Source: Camelus ferus
Lineage: Eukaryota
Length of the DNA stretch: 64,000 nt
Reading direction: 5' to 3'
Assembly (NCBI RefSeq): GCF_009834535.1
Contig: NC_045697.1
Coordinates: 99,326,001 to 99,390,000 of the forward strand
Shown here: piece by piece, positions 24,383 through 36,337 of the stretch
How the letters are laid out: each line of letters opens with the position of its first letter
Position numbering within the stretch: the stretch's first letter is position 1
The notes under the pieces: model-generated
Told to the model about the DNA's origin: nothing
What the model saw: only the letters and a program-made list of their open reading frames with translations
Databases searched by the model: none
Program-made: the position numbers and the translations under genes

Positions 24383-26417
24383 ATGTAGAAAGTTTGGATG
24401 AAACTTAACTTCCATTCTGTTTCCTAGGAAAGGAAAGCAAAGGAATATAAGAGGGAAGTGTTTCAATACTGGGAGATGACAGCCTGATGAGCACAAATCC
24501 GTGTGGGTCTTACTGAAGCCACTGAAAAGGCTGGAGGGACAGGAGCTGCACAGGAAAAACATGCATGACCCTGTAGAACGTGGTACATCCTGCCACAGGG
24601 ACCTGCCGTGGTTACGTACAGAAGTTACTCTTCTGTTTGTAACAATTCTTTGTTTTTTAGTTCTTTTTTTTTCCTTTTTTTTTTTTAATGGAATCAAGCT
24701 TGGGAAAGTCAACACATAAACTGCATAAGGCATATTTTTCTTATATTTAGCCATGAAATGATAGCATCTGAACTGTTTCCTAGCTTTGTTCTTATGACTC
24801 TGGCTTGATTTGTCAAAGCCGTATAGTCAAAAGAATAATAGATTTTAATACACAGAGGCTGAATTTGACTATTTTTACTATAGAGGCCACACCATAAAAA
24901 GCCTTGTTTAATGCACCTCAGCAGTATCTATATGCCATAACTGTATTTCTAACCTAAATAAACCTGGTTATGATTATCAAACACATTTATTTTTAAGTGT
25001 TCATTATAAGCACTGTTGTACATAACAAACTAATGGCCAACAGGACTCTAGCTTTGTTTTTTTCTTTTTTTCCTAAAGGAACACAAATGGCTTTCAACGG
25101 TGAAATGAACTCTTGCCTTTCTGCAAGTTAATGGATAATCTATATTTTTATGGAATGTTGCATTAATAAGTCAGAACAACGTGTGACCATAAAGGTCTTC
25201 ACAAACCATACTTGAAAGCCGGCCCTGTCACTTTATAGGACGTCCATCAAGTCCATGCAGCTCCCTCATTCACTCACTGCCTCCAGAACGTGGGCTGAGT
25301 GTCCACCTGGGCCACACCTCTGGATCTCTGTGTGTGTCCCTGTCCAGTTGTGCTGTGAACAGAACCCGAGTGCCGGACATTCATAGAAAGAACATTCTAA
25401 GGTAGAAATCAGAACTCTAGGAAACAAAAAGGCAGAAACGGGATATTCTCAAAGAACTGGAACTCAACTTACTCTAAGGCGCCTTCGTGATACAAAATCC
25501 ATACCCAGTGTGTTTTGGTCCATTCTGTCGTGTAACTATTTGCTAGAGTGGCCACCACCCACCTTTCCTTACTGGATAGAGGACACACATTGGTTCAGGG
25601 CAGAAATAACTGATCCTTTAGCAAAGCAGGATTGAGTGTCTGCATGAAAGTTGTAATTGCTACAGAACACGTCTCCAACTTTTCTTCCCACGAGGCTCCT
25701 GTTTCAGTGTTGGAGTCCCTGGGATTATGGCCTGGGGTGAGTGAGGTGCAGGGTCAAGCCTGGGCCAGGGCTACCAAGCTGTGGCCTACAGGGATTTAAT
25801 CCTGGGGTGAAGCCTGGACTGGTTTGCGCCCAGCCAGGTCGGATCTGAAGAGAATGAGGCCCCCCAGCACAGAAACGTCTATCTGCTTTAAAACCTTCCC
25901 TTTGGTCTGCCCACACCAACGCGGGCTGGGGGTGGCAGCTGAGAATATAGTCCCCCCAAATCCCACTGGCTGAATCCCCCTGCCCTCTTCTCCTCTCTAC
26001 TTCTCAGTGGTCTCCTCTTTCCTCTCTGCTTTATGCTACATTGGCTGACACCAGGGAGCCCCCAGGAGCCCCAGGCAAACTCAGGATACAAAGGACAGAC
26101 TCTCTGTGAGGCCTGGGTCTGAACTGGAGTTTGTCTGTCCACCACTCCTCACACCCAGGCTCCTGGATGGCTCATGCTTAAGACCCACAATCTCCATTTC
26201 CTGGCTGCCGGTCAGTCGTTCTCCCCCTCCATCACTTCCCAGCACCTTGAGAAGGCCCGTTACTTTGTTATTTAGACACTACAGTTTTCCGTCTCACTTC
26301 ACTCTACTGCATCGCTCACTGTCACGCCTTTGGGGTTTGCTAGCAGACTTCCCTCACAAATTCAACACCACCACTCCCTTGGTGCAAAACAAGTGTGTGG
26401 AGCTTGCTGGGGCTTGC

Positions 26418-26440
26418 AAAAAAAAAAAAAAAAAAAAAAA
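26418..26440. repeat. Poly(A)23 tract
   Basis: Read directly; no adjacent retroelement body. Confidence 0.95.
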
Positions 26441-26479
26441 GTCGGGGGGAAGGGATGCTGCTTTCCCAAAGCCCTTCCT

Positions 26480-26900
26480 CTGGCACTGCAAATGTTAACG
26501 CCTATCTGCGGGGAGACTGCAATTCTAACATAATGAGATATTAATGAGCTTTGCACATGTCCCTAGCCACAATATCTCTCTCCCCCTCCCCCAACCCCGC
26601 ACACCCTTGGCCGCAAATCTAAAGAGAATCTGCTCCTTCTCTGACACTGTCACTCCTCCCTGTCCCCTCGCGCCTGCCCTCTCCCAGTCCAGCGCCCCGG
26701 CTGCCCTGCTCACCTCAAGCTGCCAGCACTACAGAGCACCAAATGGGCTGGCACCGCCTTGTTTCCTGCCCTAATGGATGCTTGTTTAAACACTGGAGCT
26801 GTTTGCATTGCTGCGGCTCACTGCATGTTAAACACAGTCCTCGGAAACCCTATGCCAATCCAATAAAGGTATCAGCAGTTCAGTGTGGGGAGGCAATTAC
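26480..26900 (-). promoter_or_regulatory. Candidate promoter/first exon
   Basis: Repeat-free with CpG retained; CArG CCAATAAAGG 26860-26869; tandem CCAAT; forkhead-like TGTTTAAACA 26783-26792; minus donor TTGAG|GTGAGC at 26714/26713; downstream G-runs. Confidence 0.45.
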
Positions 26901-27334
26901 TAGGTGGTCCCAAGTGTGCCTTCGAAGCTCTAGGAAGGAAAATTTGATCGAACAACTAAAAGGAAAATCTGATTCGGCTCAGCATCACGTGGAGGACACA
27001 AGGCTTAACTGCAGCCAGGTCTGTGGAGGGCAGAGGGAAATCAATGATGGGCTGCAGGGTGGGGGCACCTGCACGACATTAAAGGGCTTAAAGCCAGCCT
27101 GTTAGGAACACTGGCTCCAGCCCTCGCCGAGAGATACCCGCCTGTCCTCCCACTTTGGCTCCCTTCCTCTTTCTTTCTTTCTCTTTTTATTCCAAGGGGT
27201 ATACTTATTTATTTTTTAATGACAAACTGTCATCCTTCTTAACACCCTCCACCTCTCACTCACCTTTAATTCCTTAAGCACTTATATTAAAAAATGGCTT
27301 TTCTTGTGCAAGATCATTACCATATCAAAGGCAG

Positions 27335-27349
27335 CAGAGAGAGTGTGCA

Positions 27350-27381
<32 letters not shown>

Positions 27382-27382
27382 C
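27335..27382. repeat. (GA)n-rich microsatellite
   Basis: Read directly. Confidence 0.9.
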
Positions 27383-30229
27383 GCAAAAATGATAGAGGGA
27401 TAATATACCAGCAAAGATAAGGCAGGTCTGCTTTAGAGAAAACAGTGGGTCCCTAACCTCAGGCTAATGATACCAGTCGATAAGACAATGGATTGGTTTT
27501 CTGCCTCAGCTAAATCTGAAAGATCAGGGGAATTAGGCACAAGATTTAAATTTATTTCTCACCCAATATGCAAAAGTTTTGGAAAAGTGAACCCTTCCCT
27601 CTATGTTTTAAGTTCTGGGCTTTAGTTTCTTTTCCTTTTCCCTGTTTTTCACTTAAAAACCTGCCCTGCAGTGGCCCTTGTTTCCCGAGGAAGAGTGAGA
27701 AGGCAGCTGTAGATGCGTCAGGCGACACTAAGAAACACTGCACTCAGTGCTCACTGGGGCGCCATCCATTTGCCAGGAGTTTTGCCAAATCTCTGTCTAT
27801 TCCCTGAGGGTTCCTGGCACAAGGGATACAGCCAAGATGAAGCCGAGCTGCTGTCAGCTAAGACAGAAGCAGCCCAGATCCAATGGGTGTAAGGATAAAG
27901 CTGGCCCTTCAAGGCAGATGGGGCCAGAGTCCTAAGGGTGTCTGTGGTCCATGTGAGCTCTGCGCATGATAGGGTCCTTCCAGAAGGTAATTAACATGCT
28001 GAAAAGTAGTCAGTCTACAAGACTGTTTAAGTAGCCTCCAGACCAGCACTGAGTCTCTGGGACAACAGAAGACCTGGCCTTTTCCCCTAGACTTGCCTTT
28101 TTGTTACTCATTGCACCTACCGTAGCAAAAACTCTGGCTCCTGCACCCTAGGCTTCAGGTGGCAGGGCAACCGGGCACTGACAATCTACCAGGTGAGAGG
28201 CATGGCTGACTGGCCCGCCTGCAGGGGGCACCACTCCTGCACCTCCCTGTGTCACTGACCCGGAACAGTCGTGGCAACTCACAGGACTGTAACCTTCAAT
28301 GCCTGTAACTGTTGACGGCACGTCACGTACTACTGATTTTACATAAGCCTCCAGTGGTGTCTTTGGTTCTTGTGTTCTTTTTGGTTTCCTGACTCACAGA
28401 ATTGCCTCATAATCTCAGGCCTGGAAATATGGGTGAGTGCATTACAGTAAAACCCTCCTAAAAATTATAGTAAATGCCTTGCTTGTCCTGCACACTGGGG
28501 AATGAAGTTTTCCACTTAACACACACTAACACACACACACACACACCCCACAAGGCTACACCTTTAAATGCTAAAATAAATTTTAAAGATTTTAAACCTT
28601 GGAATGAAAGCCTTCTAAAAATATTTAGATGCTTCCCTAGTTTATTAAAAGGTAGATGACTTTTTTCTGATAATGCATAATAGGGTCCTAAGTTACTGGC
28701 CCTGTTGTTGGTTATAGGCCTGCTGCTTAGTTTCTTTAGCTAGGAGAAAAAAAGCTAGTTGTTTGATTACCACCTCCCTTTATTAGGAAAGAAGAGAACT
28801 TTGCAAAAAGTGATAGACCAATACATTTAGGAGACTCACTTATGACCCTGCCTTGAGCGACCATCTTGCTATATATTTCCGAAGTCTGACGTCTGTAGGA
28901 ATGCGAGATCTGTTTCTCAACAAGACATGAGCTCTTTCCCATCTCCACTCAGCAGAAATAGCACATTTTAATTTCTTTCTTCTTCTTAATGTTTGAATAT
29001 AACCATGGAATAAAACACATGATACTGACCCCAAATGTCTTCAACCTACTCTCTTCTCTCCCCAGAAACAGAAACTCTTAAAATCTCTGGGCTCCCATAA
29101 TGTCACTCTAATCCAGAGATAGCAGCTGAATTGTACTAAAATCACAGAAAGAAATTCTACTGCCAAGGTGGAGAAGTATGGTAAAAGAGAATATGCAGGT
29201 AACAGCAATTCTGAGATTGTCAAAGTAGAGGCAAAACCACAGGTGGACACAAGGATATTCCTCTTCTTTTGATTGCATCTTTGTGTGTACATTAAAAAGT
29301 TGTTTTAAGTTAAAATATATGAAGAGCCATCTCTGCAATCTCTACCTTTCAAATTACTTACAGAAAAATGTTCTCTTTTTCTAATTTGTAACACATGAAA
29401 TTTTCTCTCCATGTAAACATCTTGAATTCTGTTATCCTGAACCAAGAAATGATATTCTTTCTCACCACCATGAAATAAAAATCATACGCTATTGAAAAAC
29501 TGTTAGATGATTATTAAAATCACTAAAGTCAGTTATTCTAAAGTGTACTTTCCCCATCTGGCAAGTTTCACTCCCAACTACTACACTAAAGGGATGTGGC
29601 TTCATGCTTTGATATCCTACTTCAATACAGATGTAAAAAAAAAGACCTCTCTTACCCTCAGGAAATGAACATCTTATTCATCTCATTTCAGTATCCATTT
29701 AGAGCATCACTTTCTATGACCAAAAATTGCTGGAATTCTTTGTTAGGAATATAAACTGAGATTCCTAAACCTGAGTTACTGCCCAGATTAACAACTGGAA
29801 GGACTCTGGTTTGGTGACCTTTCATTACCCCTTTTCCTTCAGTGTTTGGTAACACAATCAGCAAAACATGATTTCAGCTTCTGTTAGAAGAATTCGACCG
29901 TTAGAGCAAAAAAATGACTTTAAGATTAGAGTAAAAGCATAAATTCAATTTGGGCCCCTAAGCAAATGTTTAAAGAGGTCCTTCTTTCATTAGCCATCCC
30001 AGAAATGACCTCAATCTGCATTGTGCAAAGAGGTGGGAGAGAAGATTTTTTGCGGGTCCCTACACTGGCGCAGTAGCTCCTACTGATAAGATAAAGTGGC
30101 CAAGGAACACAGTATTGTCTCCAAACCAAGATTATAAATAAGTATGAAAGACATGTAAGAACTGAGTCCAGTAGAGTCACCTTTATCCTCACCATGCAGA
30201 GCAGAGACCATTGATGACTCTTGGAAATG

Positions 30230-30325
30230 GTACCTGTCTGGTTGAGAACAAGTTGACAAAGGGTTTATTATATTCAATCTATTTTTTCTGTATGTTTGAA
30301 TATTTCCAAAATAAAACATTTTGGG
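30230..30325 (+). mobile_element. Old L1 (L1ME-like) 3' terminus
   Basis: ttattatattcaatctatttttctgtatgtttgaatatttccaaaataaaa. Confidence 0.5.
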
Positions 30326-30869
30326 GGAAAAAAAGTATGTCAACTGGTTTGTTGGGAAAGAAGAGTGCACAGAAGGCAAAGGAAGTGGCTACTGTACCAG
30401 TCCAGTCATCTTAGGACTGGAGATCGTGAACACTCCACCAAGTCACAATGCAAGAAGAAACAGGAGGGTGGATAGAGCACAGGTACAAAGAGGGCAGCCT
30501 CTGCTTTTGCTCAAAGAACTTCCCAGGGTGATGGGAAGGCGCAGGAAAAGGAGAAAATACTGCTGTTTGCATCATGTTCTCAGGAGAGATTTCAGACAGA
30601 GCTCTGGTCAGCTGGAAAACCCAAACATCCACATACAGAAATGGCATATGCTCTGTAGTTTCTGCCCAGGGAAAGAGCTTTCTGCACAGCCTGTTAGACC
30701 CATATATCTAGAAACAAGTGGACACAAGAGATGTAAGACATGGGAAAGAATGATGACTAGAAAGACTACAGAGGCTGTTTGACTGCTTGATTTTCTTTAA
30801 AGGGAGTTTGGGTCCTCTTTGATTAAAGAAACTTTACAAAATTAATTACTAATAGCCTCCCTTTTAAAG

Positions 30870-32175
30870 GTTTTTTTTTAAATTTTTGAACTATTTTTGG
30901 ATCCATCAAAAAGTTGCAAAAATGGTACAAAGCACTTCTAATCCTTTACATTGCTTTTCTTAATGTTACTGTCTTACATAACCTTAGTATAATTATAAAG
31001 AAGAGGAAATTAACATTCCTACCATATTATTAATTAAACTCCAGACCTTATTAGAGTTGCACCATTTTTTACACTAATATCTTTTTGTGTTGCAGGATCC
31101 TATTCAAGATTATCCCACCCTGCATTGAGTTATCCTCTCTTCTTAGTCTCCTCCAGTTTGTAACAGTTCCTCCATCTTCCCACATCTTCCTTGGCCTTGA
31201 TCCTTTCAAAGGATACTGAACAGTTACTCTGTAGCATGGCCCCCAGTTTCGGTCTGTCTAATGTTTTTCTATGACTGGAATGAGCTTATGTTTTTTTCGT
31301 AAGAACATTACAAAAATGATGCTGTGTTCCTTTCCGTGTATCACAGCAAGGGCTTCATGATGTCAGATGGTTTATTACCCGTGCTGTTTCCCTTGATCAC
31401 TTGGTTAGCATGGTGTCTGCAAGTTTTTCCACTGAAAAGTTACTATCTTTCCCTTTGTCGTCAAAAAGTATCTTGAGGGAGATATGCTGACACCATACAA
31501 ATCCTGTTTCTCCTCAAATGTTACCCACTAATTTTAGCATCCATCCGTGGGTCTTGCCTGAAACAATTATTACTGTGGCATCTGCCTAATGGTGATCCCA
31601 CCTGCCTTCCACATTTATTATCTGGAATTCTCCTTAAAGAAGAGCTGTCACTTCTTCTACTTTTTAAAAATTGGTATGGATTTCTGGATATTTATTTTAT
31701 TTCATGGGTTAAAATTCCATAACATCTTTATTTTTCTGCCCAAGATGTACCAGCTTTGGTCACTGGAAACACATGTACATTGACCCCTGTGCCCTTTTGA
31801 GAAGCCCCTGTCTTTTGGGGAAAGCATTTCCTTATTAACTGACGCTGTAAGATGTTCCAGGTAGATTTTGTATTTTCCCCACCTGAGCCCTGAAAGACAA
31901 CTGCTTCTCCAAGGAGGCTTGATTTCTTTTACTGGAGAGTAGTGTTGAGAAGGTGCTACGTGAGCTTCCTGCTTCTAGGCTTCCTCAGCAGACGGAGCTA
32001 GGTAACATATGGATACATACCAACCCAGTTATACATGGATATGCATATTTCTATAGCTCTCTGTGCACGTGTATATACAGTAGGTTATACTAGTACTCTG
32101 ATCCTAATTCAGCATCACAGGATTCATTTGAACCTTCCCCTCTCCTTACTGATACCTTCTTTCTCCATCAGTGTC
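30870..32175 (-). mobile_element. Old L1 (L1MC/L1MD-like) 3' region
   Basis: aaaagttgcaaaaatggtac...caggatcc...taagatgttccagg...ttctccaaggag on the reverse L1M 3' end. Confidence 0.8.
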
Positions 32176-32239
32176 ATGCCCATAATAGCTTCCTTTAAAC
32201 TTAAAACATAGTTACATTTAATAACCAACTTCAAATTTA

Positions 32240-32800
32240 CTAATTTAGCAAACATGAATTGGTACGTACTGTGCTTGTTTAAGGCTCCGTACAAAGCACT
32301 CTGGGTGGAACAAGGATGAACCCTGGACCCTGCCTTCAGGTAGTCTATGGGCTACCAGGAAATATATAAAAATACAGAGAGCATGGAGTGTTAGGAGGAA
32401 CAAACAAATTGCGATGAGCATGCAGAGGAAGGAGAGGCACTCTTACTGGAGGCATGAGGGAAGGCCTCCTGTAGAGGCTGTGGATCTTGAAGGATGGGCA
32501 GGATGGGATTTGTAAAGATTAGGGAGAAACACTCCAGGAAAAGGACACTGCTTGAACAAAACCATGGAAGGAGGCCACAGAGGCAAGGCATGGAAAGGGC
32601 ACAGCCGTGTCTGGGTGGAGACCAGGCCCACGAAAGCAGCGTGGTGGCTGGAGCTGGGCCACAGAGCAGCATGAACAGCTGGCTATGGTGGAAATGGGGC
32701 TCAGTTCTGTGGGCCACAGAGAGCTCCTGATAGTTTCTGATGCACAATAAGCAAGACGGGGGCAAAGTGCCCGACAGCCCCTGAAATGCAAGGTTGAGAT
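32240..32800 (-). mobile_element. L2 fragment
   Basis: aatttagcaaacatg...ccctgccttcagg...ggatcttgaaggatgggcagg. Confidence 0.6.
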
Positions 32801-34577
32801 AGAGCACATCCCACGTGACCATTTTGGTGCTTTGTTATGAGTGGACAGGAAAGGAGGGAAAAATCGAACATGATATCAAGCGATGTTGTTACTTTCTAGA
32901 AGCAACACTAACTTTCCAATATAATAGAAAACTGCATTAAAAAGTAGAATGAAATTTCTAGGTGACAGTGAAATTTAATTTGCCCATGATGCTGCCTCAC
33001 CGTTGCTATTGATATTCACCACAAAAGGGTATTTTCTTTGAAGTGAGATAGTCATCACTCTCTAAACTGGAAACTGCCCACATTTTATCCATTACGACTT
33101 GGAGGCTAGTAAAACAGAGCCGTATAACTCCCATCACCAGGGAGCTTTAGAACACTGAAGTTACAATGAAACCCTCACGGCTCCTCTATTAGTGTTGTAT
33201 CACTATTCAGATGTGACGGTTTATCTCAGGGAACAGCTGAAACTCAAGTATACTAGCATCTATCCAGTCGTGACAGCACTTGTTAGCTCGTGCATAAGGT
33301 ACAGGAACAGGCTGTGTTTGTTTGCTGGAGAAGACTGGGCTTTCAGGCTCAAGAAGCAACTACGAGTCATCTGTTGTTATGCCACAGTCTGTCGATGGTG
33401 TTCTTTTTAAGGAAGAAAGGAAAGCTAAAATTGTTCATTTGTTTTGCAAGATGCTAGACCCTTAATCATGCCATGGGGCAACAGAGAAGACAGAAGTGGA
33501 GGAAAAGAGAGCCACGCTTTTTCTTCCATTAGATTGTGATGAAGGTTGAAACTGCAGACCCATTGGCTGTAAGGAAAATCTGGTGTGGATGCCCAGCCGG
33601 GTGACCACGTGGGGACCGGCCAGCATCCACTGTCATCTGCTCGTCCTCCCCCTGGCTGTAGAGGTGAAGGACCTTCAAGCCTTGTCTTAGGTAATGTGTC
33701 TCTTCTATCCTAACGGCTCTCACAGAATGAAGCTGCTAGAACGAATTCTAAAATAGACATTCTTCTTGTAGAAATGCAGATCCTTTTAATCAGGTGGAAG
33801 ACAGAACCTGACTATTTTTCTTCTTCAGTGGAATCAAAGGAGCCACACTGCCAGAAAGAAGTCCAGGTTATCAACTCCCAAGAGAAGCCCTGTGACCACA
33901 CAGGAGTGGTCCACCACCAGAATACACTTCCAGGCAGAGTCTGTGGACCCAGATTCATACCCTGAGTTGACAAAGGGGTTAAGGAAGACTTTGCCCTGGA
34001 CCTTCACTAGTACAAAAATGGGTCAGTGAGGGGCAGGGCAAGGACGGAGGACAGTTCCACCATTGAGGAGTCAGCAGCTTTGAAGACACCGAACAGCCAT
34101 TCCTGCAGGAATTAAGTGCCCTCCTTACAAAACTGCCATATTAAAAAACAGCTTTATCAATTAAGGCAAGCGGGGTTGGAAGGACTGAAGGGTCAATTAC
34201 AAGCATTGAAACACAGCAGCAAGGAAGAGTTAAAGGCAAAAACCGCAAAATGGTGAAGACACATGTCATTGTTCCCTCCTCAATACCCTCCTCCCCTTCA
34301 TGACACTTTCCCTCTTCTCTGTCCTTCTACGTCCCTTTTCCATGTTTAAATGGGGAGGAATGTGACAGTAGACTTTTCTACTATTTACTGATTAACCACA
34401 CTTTAGTATATTGGTTGCTTAGGTTATCATGATACTAGTTGATTCCATGATTTTTTTTTTTTTTTTTGGTTTCTAATTACAAAATTGAGGGCTTCATCAT
34501 TACTAGAGGAATTTCAAGCCTCAGCCAGTTGTAGGCTGTGTGAACTGAGTGGTGAGAAGGACAACATGGTCACATCT

Positions 34578-34730
34578 CCATATTCAATATATTCTAGTAA
34601 CCTATAAAGAAAAAGACTATGAAAATGAACATATGCATGTATGTGTATGACTGAAGCATTATGCTGTGTACCAGAAATTGACACAACATTGTAAACTGAC
34701 TACACTTCACTTAAAAAGGGAAAAAAAGAA
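34578..34730 (+). mobile_element. Short L1 3' end
   Basis: 3' UTR matches the 20.8-kb L1 (tatgactgaa...ccagaaattgacacaacattgtaaactgact) plus an A tail. Confidence 0.9.
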
Positions 34731-34834
34731 ATGAGGTGGCAGAGTTGGAAGAAAGGTGGGGTCTGTGTTTCTTTCGTTCTGGAATGACTCAGGTTATGGT
34801 TCTTGTATCCCAAGACTCTGTGAAGGAAACTTCA

Positions 34835-34990
34835 ATTCCAGCAAGACCAATTATACAACTTGTAGGATCCAGTGTGAAATGCTAAATCATTGACTGATGG
34901 ATGCACAAGTTCACTGAAATTAAGAATCTCAGGACGGCGACAGCAGAACATTAAATCACACCCCAAGTTCCAGGAGCCATGAGGCCCTGC
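34835..34990. mobile_element. MER45-like hAT MITE
   Basis: ttaagaatctcaggacggcgacagcagaacattaaa...ccatgaggccctg. Confidence 0.65.
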
Positions 34991-35559
34991 TGTTCTGCCT
35001 TTAAGTTCCTCTTCCCTGAGCAAGCCGGGGGTTCCTGGCACTAAAATTCACCAACATGCTAAGAAACTACTTGATCATGTCATTTCTTCTTCAGACCTCG
35101 TACCACCTAGAACTGTAGAGACATATGAAAATGTTTTCTATATGATGTTTTGCTATTTTAAGTCATATTTAATTACGTTTTCACTTTTAAATAAGACGTC
35201 TGATGTTCTGGAGCATGCCCCCATGCTTCCTGTAATTTTGTTTTTTCTACCAAACTGAAGTTCTTTTGTCTTCCTCCCACCCAAACATCTTCACAGTGTC
35301 AACAACCCTTCCACGTAGTCTCCTTCAGTAATCCTTATTTCTGGAATCACTTTCTGGAGAGTGAAAAGAACTTTAAAAAGTACTTTAGAAATAAATTTCC
35401 TCATTTGCTGAATTCTTTGAATAGCACATTTTTTGGCTGCCTTTCTTTGAACAAACTTAAGAAAAACATCATGTAAATAAAAGGTATTCTGTTCCTATTT
35501 CTCAGATCAGGATACTAACTTTCTCTGATGCTTAGATTTTTATATTTGCTTGATTTTTT

Positions 35560-35650
35560 AAAAAACTATTAAAATTTAATTTTTTTAGAGCAGTTCACAG
35601 CAAAATTGAGGGGGAAGGTAGAGATTTCCCATATACCCTCTATTCCTGTG
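35560..35650 (-). mobile_element. Old L1 3' terminus
   Basis: ttttagagcagttcacagcaaaattgag...agatttcccatataccc. Confidence 0.7.
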
Positions 35651-35851
35651 GTCAGATTTTCGTTGCTTAATTTATAATCATCCTTCCATATCTGGACCAA
35701 TCCCCTGTGGATACCAAAACCCACAGATGCTCAAGTCCCTTATATAAAATGATGTAGTATTTGCATATAACCCATGCACATCATCCTGTATACTTCAAGT
35801 CATGTCTAGATTACTTATAATACCTAATACAAAGTAAGTGCCATGTAAACA

Positions 35852-36059
35852 CATTTGGACCTGCTGAACTGCGGGGGTCCACTTTTATGTGGATTTTTTT
35901 TTCAATAAATACTACAGGACTACAGGATCCATTGCTGGCGGAATTCACCGATGCTGAACCACAGACACCTAGGGCCAGGCGTAAAGTTACATGAGTGTGG
36001 ATTTTTGAGGGGAAGTGGGGAGCAGTGCCCCTAACCCCGAGTTCTTCAATGGTCAAATG
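35852..36059. mobile_element. Tigger2-type MITE nested in MER2
   Basis: TIRs catttggacc / ggtcaaatg; tgaactgcgggggtccactt...gtgcccctaacccc. Confidence 0.75.
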
Positions 36060-36189
36060 TAGTTGTAAACTCAAAGTAAATGTTATCTAAATAGTTGCTG
36101 GCTTGTGCAGCAAATTCAAGTTTTCCTTTTTGGGGGAACTTTCTGGAATTTTTTTTCATATATATATATATATATATATATTTGATCTG

Positions 36190-36337
36190 TTTTGTTTTAT
36201 TTGTATTTTATTTGGAGGGTAATTAGAGTTCTTTCTTAATTTATGTACTTACTTACTTAATGGAGGTACTGGGGATTGAACCCAGGACCTCAGGCATGCT
36301 AGGCACACGCACTACCACTGAGCTATACCCTCCCCCC
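36190..36337 (-). mobile_element. Camelid tRNA-derived SINE (Vic-1-like) nested in MER2
   Basis: Reverse strand GGGGGGAGGGTATAGCTCAGTGGTAG...GGGTTCAATCCCCAGTACCTCC; A and B boxes intact. Confidence 0.9.

Noticed and set aside
26418..26440. Poly(A) as the tail of a processed pseudogene
   Set aside because: No polyadenylation signal, TSD or recognisable mRNA body upstream
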